Source of the DNA: Trypanosoma brucei | Taxonomy: Eukaryota | Length of the DNA: 64,000 nucleotides | Assembly: GCA_000002445.1 (NCBI GenBank) | Contig: CM000208.1 | Coordinates: forward strand, 288,001 to 352,000 | Reading direction: 5' to 3' | Shown here: positions 61,287 to 64,000 of the stretch, one piece after another | Layout of the letters: each line of letters opens with the position of its first letter | Numbering within the stretch: the first letter of the stretch is position 1 | Position numbers and translations under genes: made by a program | The notes under the pieces: model-generated | What the model saw: only the letters and a program-made list of their open reading frames with translations | Database searches by the model: none | Told to the model about the DNA's origin: nothing

Positions 61287-63539
61287 CTACGACAGGCGAG
61301 AGGCGCCAATGCCCTTCTTTCTTATCTTCAGCGTGCGTTTGTCCTCCGGATGATCATCTGAGGTCAAAGAATCGGGGACTACTGCACCAGTTCCATTCCT
61401 TGTTGCAGTGCCATGCAGACGTAGTTTCTGTGGTTTCATTTGTATTTCTTCCCCCCAAGACTCCTCATCGTCCTCACGCACAGACGGCGACGATTGTGAA
61501 CCCCACACTTTCTGTGGGAATGGGGACGCTTTCGACGCTGCTGGTATGGAGTTTTCCATCCCCCCCTTTGTGGTGGATTCCAATTGAATGACACTACTGC
61601 TACCACTGCTCCCCCAACCTTTTGTATCCAACGCCGCGTTACTGCCCTTTACCTCATTTCCGGCCCCGTTTGTATTGTTGTTAACAACCCCAGCAGGGGG
61701 AATGACATTACCTTCATTCGCTGTACTCGACGATATTTCCCTGTGGTTCGCATCTAAGCGGGAAACGGCGGCATGTATGACGTCCAAGGCCACTGCTCGC
61801 ACCTCTGCCACTTTATCCATGGAAAGCGGGGAAACACCTGGAATCACCAACTCTGCGATATCTTGCGCGGTGAAGTGCTTCAATGTTGTGTGAAAAGAAC
61901 GAAGGGCCGCGGTACGGCTGGGAGCAAAAGGATCCTTCAACATCCTACCAAACCTTTGGGCGAACAGTTTTGACCTATACTCCGCTGGAATGGTGTCAGC
62001 AATCAAACAAAGGGCGATGGTGGCATTCGTGCGAATAGGGCCCTCAGAGTCCTGCTGCAACTGGGCAATATACTTTGGAACATCATTTACGATCCTTTTT
62101 TCCGTCAGCAAAGGCGCGATAGGAACGAGGGCCCTAGCACTGTGCTCTCGAATAGCCGCTATCGGACTCTCAAAACCTGAAGCATATTCGCTCCACACCT
62201 CACCATCGACGACGGCAGGCGGCATTTGCGGAAGCAGCTCTGCTGCGTGTTGAAGGATCCGCAACCTAACCATTCTCTCCTTAGAGCGAAACAAAGCTAC
62301 AATAACCGGGGAGACATGAGTCGCATATTCCTCCGGTGACGGCATCCGAGCCGCTATCTTCACCACCGTATCCACGACACCAGGTAATATCCCGAAAGTA
62401 AAGGAAGCCCGAAGTTTCTGGAGCACCAGGTGCTTACAAGCATCCCTGGGAAATGTGTGGACGACGTTCGCGAGGTGTTCCATGAACCGCTCTCGCTCCG
62501 CAGCATCCTTTAGGGAATAGTCATCTAGCATTTGCATAGATTGGACGTAGTCACTTGAGATGATGAAATCGCTTGTTCGCAGGAATCGATCTACATCATG
62601 TCTCATTTTCGGATTAACTGCGCAAAGCCCGCTGAAGCCACTTTGCAGAGTCCGTGGAAGTGTTCGACAGCTACGCAGATCTTCTGTACTACAAGACTGT
62701 GACAACTTGCCTGAGGTCTGATCGTTCACTCCCAGAACTTCGTATATGAGACAGGCCAATCCCCACGAATCGATAGCGCACGTTTTCCCACCGCTCTCAT
62801 AGTTCGTGTGCTGCGTTTCTGGCGGACGGCGGTACGCCGGAAGTAACGAACAATATGAAAGATATGAACTTCCAACGTCATCAAAACCGCTAACAAGCTC
62901 AAGACCAAAGAGCCTCCACTCGCCGGTCGAGATAACAAACACGGAGTCACGCCCTACGTTTCCGTGAATCAACTTATTCTTGTGAAGTGCACTCACGGCG
63001 GATCCAACGGCCTTCAGCCCCAATGCAACAATGTCATTAAAGGCTTCACCCTCATCATCGTCATCACCAGACGTGGCTAAGGGACTCCCCATTTGTCCAC
63101 ATTTCATTTTACTCAGTGGTTCACAAGGCTCGGTGGCAAGATACACCGTGTCTCGGTGTTCAGCAGCCCCATAGCAACGCAATATACCAGGAAGAAGCAA
63201 GCTCTTAGCCCTCTTCATTGCATGGCGTACTAACTCCCTTTTCCGTGGCTCCATATCTGCCAAATTCACGGAAAATATTGTGACGGATCGCTTGCTTTCA
63301 TCACATTCACCCTGCCGCATGGTCCATGTGATGGTCGGAGTGTCAGCAGTAGTGGTGCTGGAACCACTGCACGGAGTGTAGGGGAATCCTGGTATGGATT
63401 CCGTGAAACCAATCGCCCTCAGGAGGAAGGCCATATATTTTTTTTTTGAGAAGGGTAATGTTTCTCCGCTTTTCCACGGAGCCGCTTTTCTAATATTTAA
63501 AGTACTACAGCAAAAATAACAGCAAACCTTCTTAACCAC
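61287..63539 (-). CDS. SCY1-like pseudokinase (N-terminal kinase-like domain plus HEAT repeats), 750 aa
   Basis: The degenerate catalytic loop LIHGNVGRDSVFVISTGEWRLFGLE has HGN in place of HRD, matching SCYL1 [25 protein letters not shown]. The HEAT region has DSEGPIRTNATIALCLIADTI and KDPFAPSRTAALRSFHTTLKHFT, matching SCYL1 [21 protein letters not shown] and [23 protein letters not shown]. Confidence 0.7.
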   Translation of the reverse strand: MVKKVCCYFCCSTLNIRKAAPWKSGETLPFSKKKYMAFLLRAIGFTESIPGFPYTPCSGSSTTTADTPTITWTMRQGECDESKRSVTIFSVNLADMEPRKRELVRHAMKRAKSLLLPGILRCYGAAEHRDTVYLATEPCEPLSKMKCGQMGSPLATSGDDDDEGEAFNDIVALGLKAVGSAVSALHKNKLIHGNVGRDSVFVISTGEWRLFGLELVSGFDDVGSSYLSYCSLLPAYRRPPETQHTNYESGGKTCAIDSWGLACLIYEVLGVNDQTSGKLSQSCSTEDLRSCRTLPRTLQSGFSGLCAVNPKMRHDVDRFLRTSDFIISSDYVQSMQMLDDYSLKDAAERERFMEHLANVVHTFPRDACKHLVLQKLRASFTFGILPGVVDTVVKIAARMPSPEEYATHVSPVIVALFRSKERMVRLRILQHAAELLPQMPPAVVDGEVWSEYASGFESPIAAIREHSARALVPIAPLLTEKRIVNDVPKYIAQLQQDSEGPIRTNATIALCLIADTIPAEYRSKLFAQRFGRMLKDPFAPSRTAALRSFHTTLKHFTAQDIAELVIPGVSPLSMDKVAEVRAVALDVIHAAVSRLDANHREISSSTANEGNVIPPAGVVNNNTNGAGNEVKGSNAALDTKGWGSSGSSSVIQLESTTKGGMENSIPAASKASPFPQKVWGSQSSPSVREDDEESWGEEIQMKPQKLRLHGTATRNGTGAVVPDSLTSDDHPEDKRTLKIRKKGIGASRLS

Positions 63540-63793
63540 CTTCAGTTAACGGGGAAAAAGTGAATAAGAAGCTCAATAGAAACTTTTAAGGGGATGTGGA
63601 AGTCACCGAGGAAAACGAGTTAAAAAATGTGAGTTCATCTGCCAACCTAATGGCAAGACAGGGAATGAAGCGTAAAGGAGTGGATGAGAAGTCGACTCAC
63701 GGACGTGCGATTCGACTGTAATCGGTAAACATATCATCTATAATACTTTTCTCTCTATGGAACTTTCTGTGCAGAGTTTTCCTCTCCGACTTT

Positions 63794-64000
63794 CTAGTTT
63801 GTCGGTTCCGCCTGCTGAGGCGATTTGGGGTTTCCACGGCTGTTGACACGCTTCTGCTGCAGAAGTTTTCTACTAATCGCCAGTTGTTCCTCCATAATGG
63901 CCGCCACATTTCTATACCTCATGACAAATGCCTTCTTTTCATTAAGCCTATTGAGGAGGGCGCTCAGAGCAGCATCGCCAGTTGACAGGGCTTTCCGAAG
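63794..64000 (-). CDS. C-terminal 68 codons of an upstream gene entering from beyond the window end (unknown product)
   Basis: Reverse-complement reading from 64000 gives LRKALSTGDAALSALLNRLNEKKAFVMRYRNVAAIMEEQLAISRKLLQQKRVNSRGNPKSPQQAEPTN*, with the stop at 63794-63796. The frame is assumed open at the window edge. Confidence 0.35.
   Translation of the reverse strand, partial: LRKALSTGDAALSALLNRLNEKKAFVMRYRNVAAIMEEQLAISRKLLQQKRVNSRGNPKSPQQAEPTN

Noticed and set aside
63697-63909. 70-aa minus-strand track ORF
   Set aside because: It is in a different frame from the open reading frame that enters from beyond 64000 and stops at 63794, which reads as a plausible protein C-terminus.
1-64000. 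Prokaryote-style systems (CRISPR arrays, operons, defence islands)
   Set aside because: The sequence is eukaryotic (kinetoplastid-type gene organisation with tubulin, kinesin, IFT and ribosomal protein genes). I saw no direct-repeat/spacer arrays and no clusters of bacterial-type genes.

Overview
The window looks like kinetoplastid (Trypanosoma, brucei-like) nuclear DNA. It contains about 25 intronless protein-coding genes, all on the minus strand, consistent with one polycistronic transcription unit. Short intergenic regions carry purine-rich tracts on the plus strand (polypyrimidine on the mRNA strand), (TA)n and (CA)n microsatellites and poly(A) runs. I saw no strand switch, rRNA, clear tRNA or CRISPR array. 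Plus-strand ORFs inside the genes are antisense artefacts.

Products I could recognise from the translations:
- the 5' end of the CDC2-related kinase CRK1 (PCTAIRE motif), running off the window start
- two tandem, identical copies of 40S ribosomal protein S23
- 60S ribosomal protein L9
- a 1798-aa kinesin
- axonemal inner-arm dynein light chain p28 (DNALI1-like)
- epsilon-tubulin
- IFT172
- a split-SET-domain protein
- a PDCD2/Tsr4-like protein
- a katanin/spastin-class AAA ATPase
- a YbaK/ProX-like deacylase-domain protein
- cytosolic aspartyl-tRNA synthetase
- the meiotic MutS homologue MSH4
- a SCY1-like pseudokinase
- several large low-complexity or hypothetical proteins.

The most unusual stretch is a roughly 6.4-kb island at about 38.0-44.4 kb with no long ORF. 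It is locally GC-rich, carries G12 and C12 homopolymers, and on the plus strand has a CCCTGG...CTACAC...GACCAGG stretch resembling the 5' 'Pr77' hallmark of ingi/L1Tc-clade retroposons as I recall it. That raises the hypothesis of a degenerate ingi-related retroelement (DIRE) inserted antisense in the transcription unit; it is unproven. I found no prokaryote-style 'system'.
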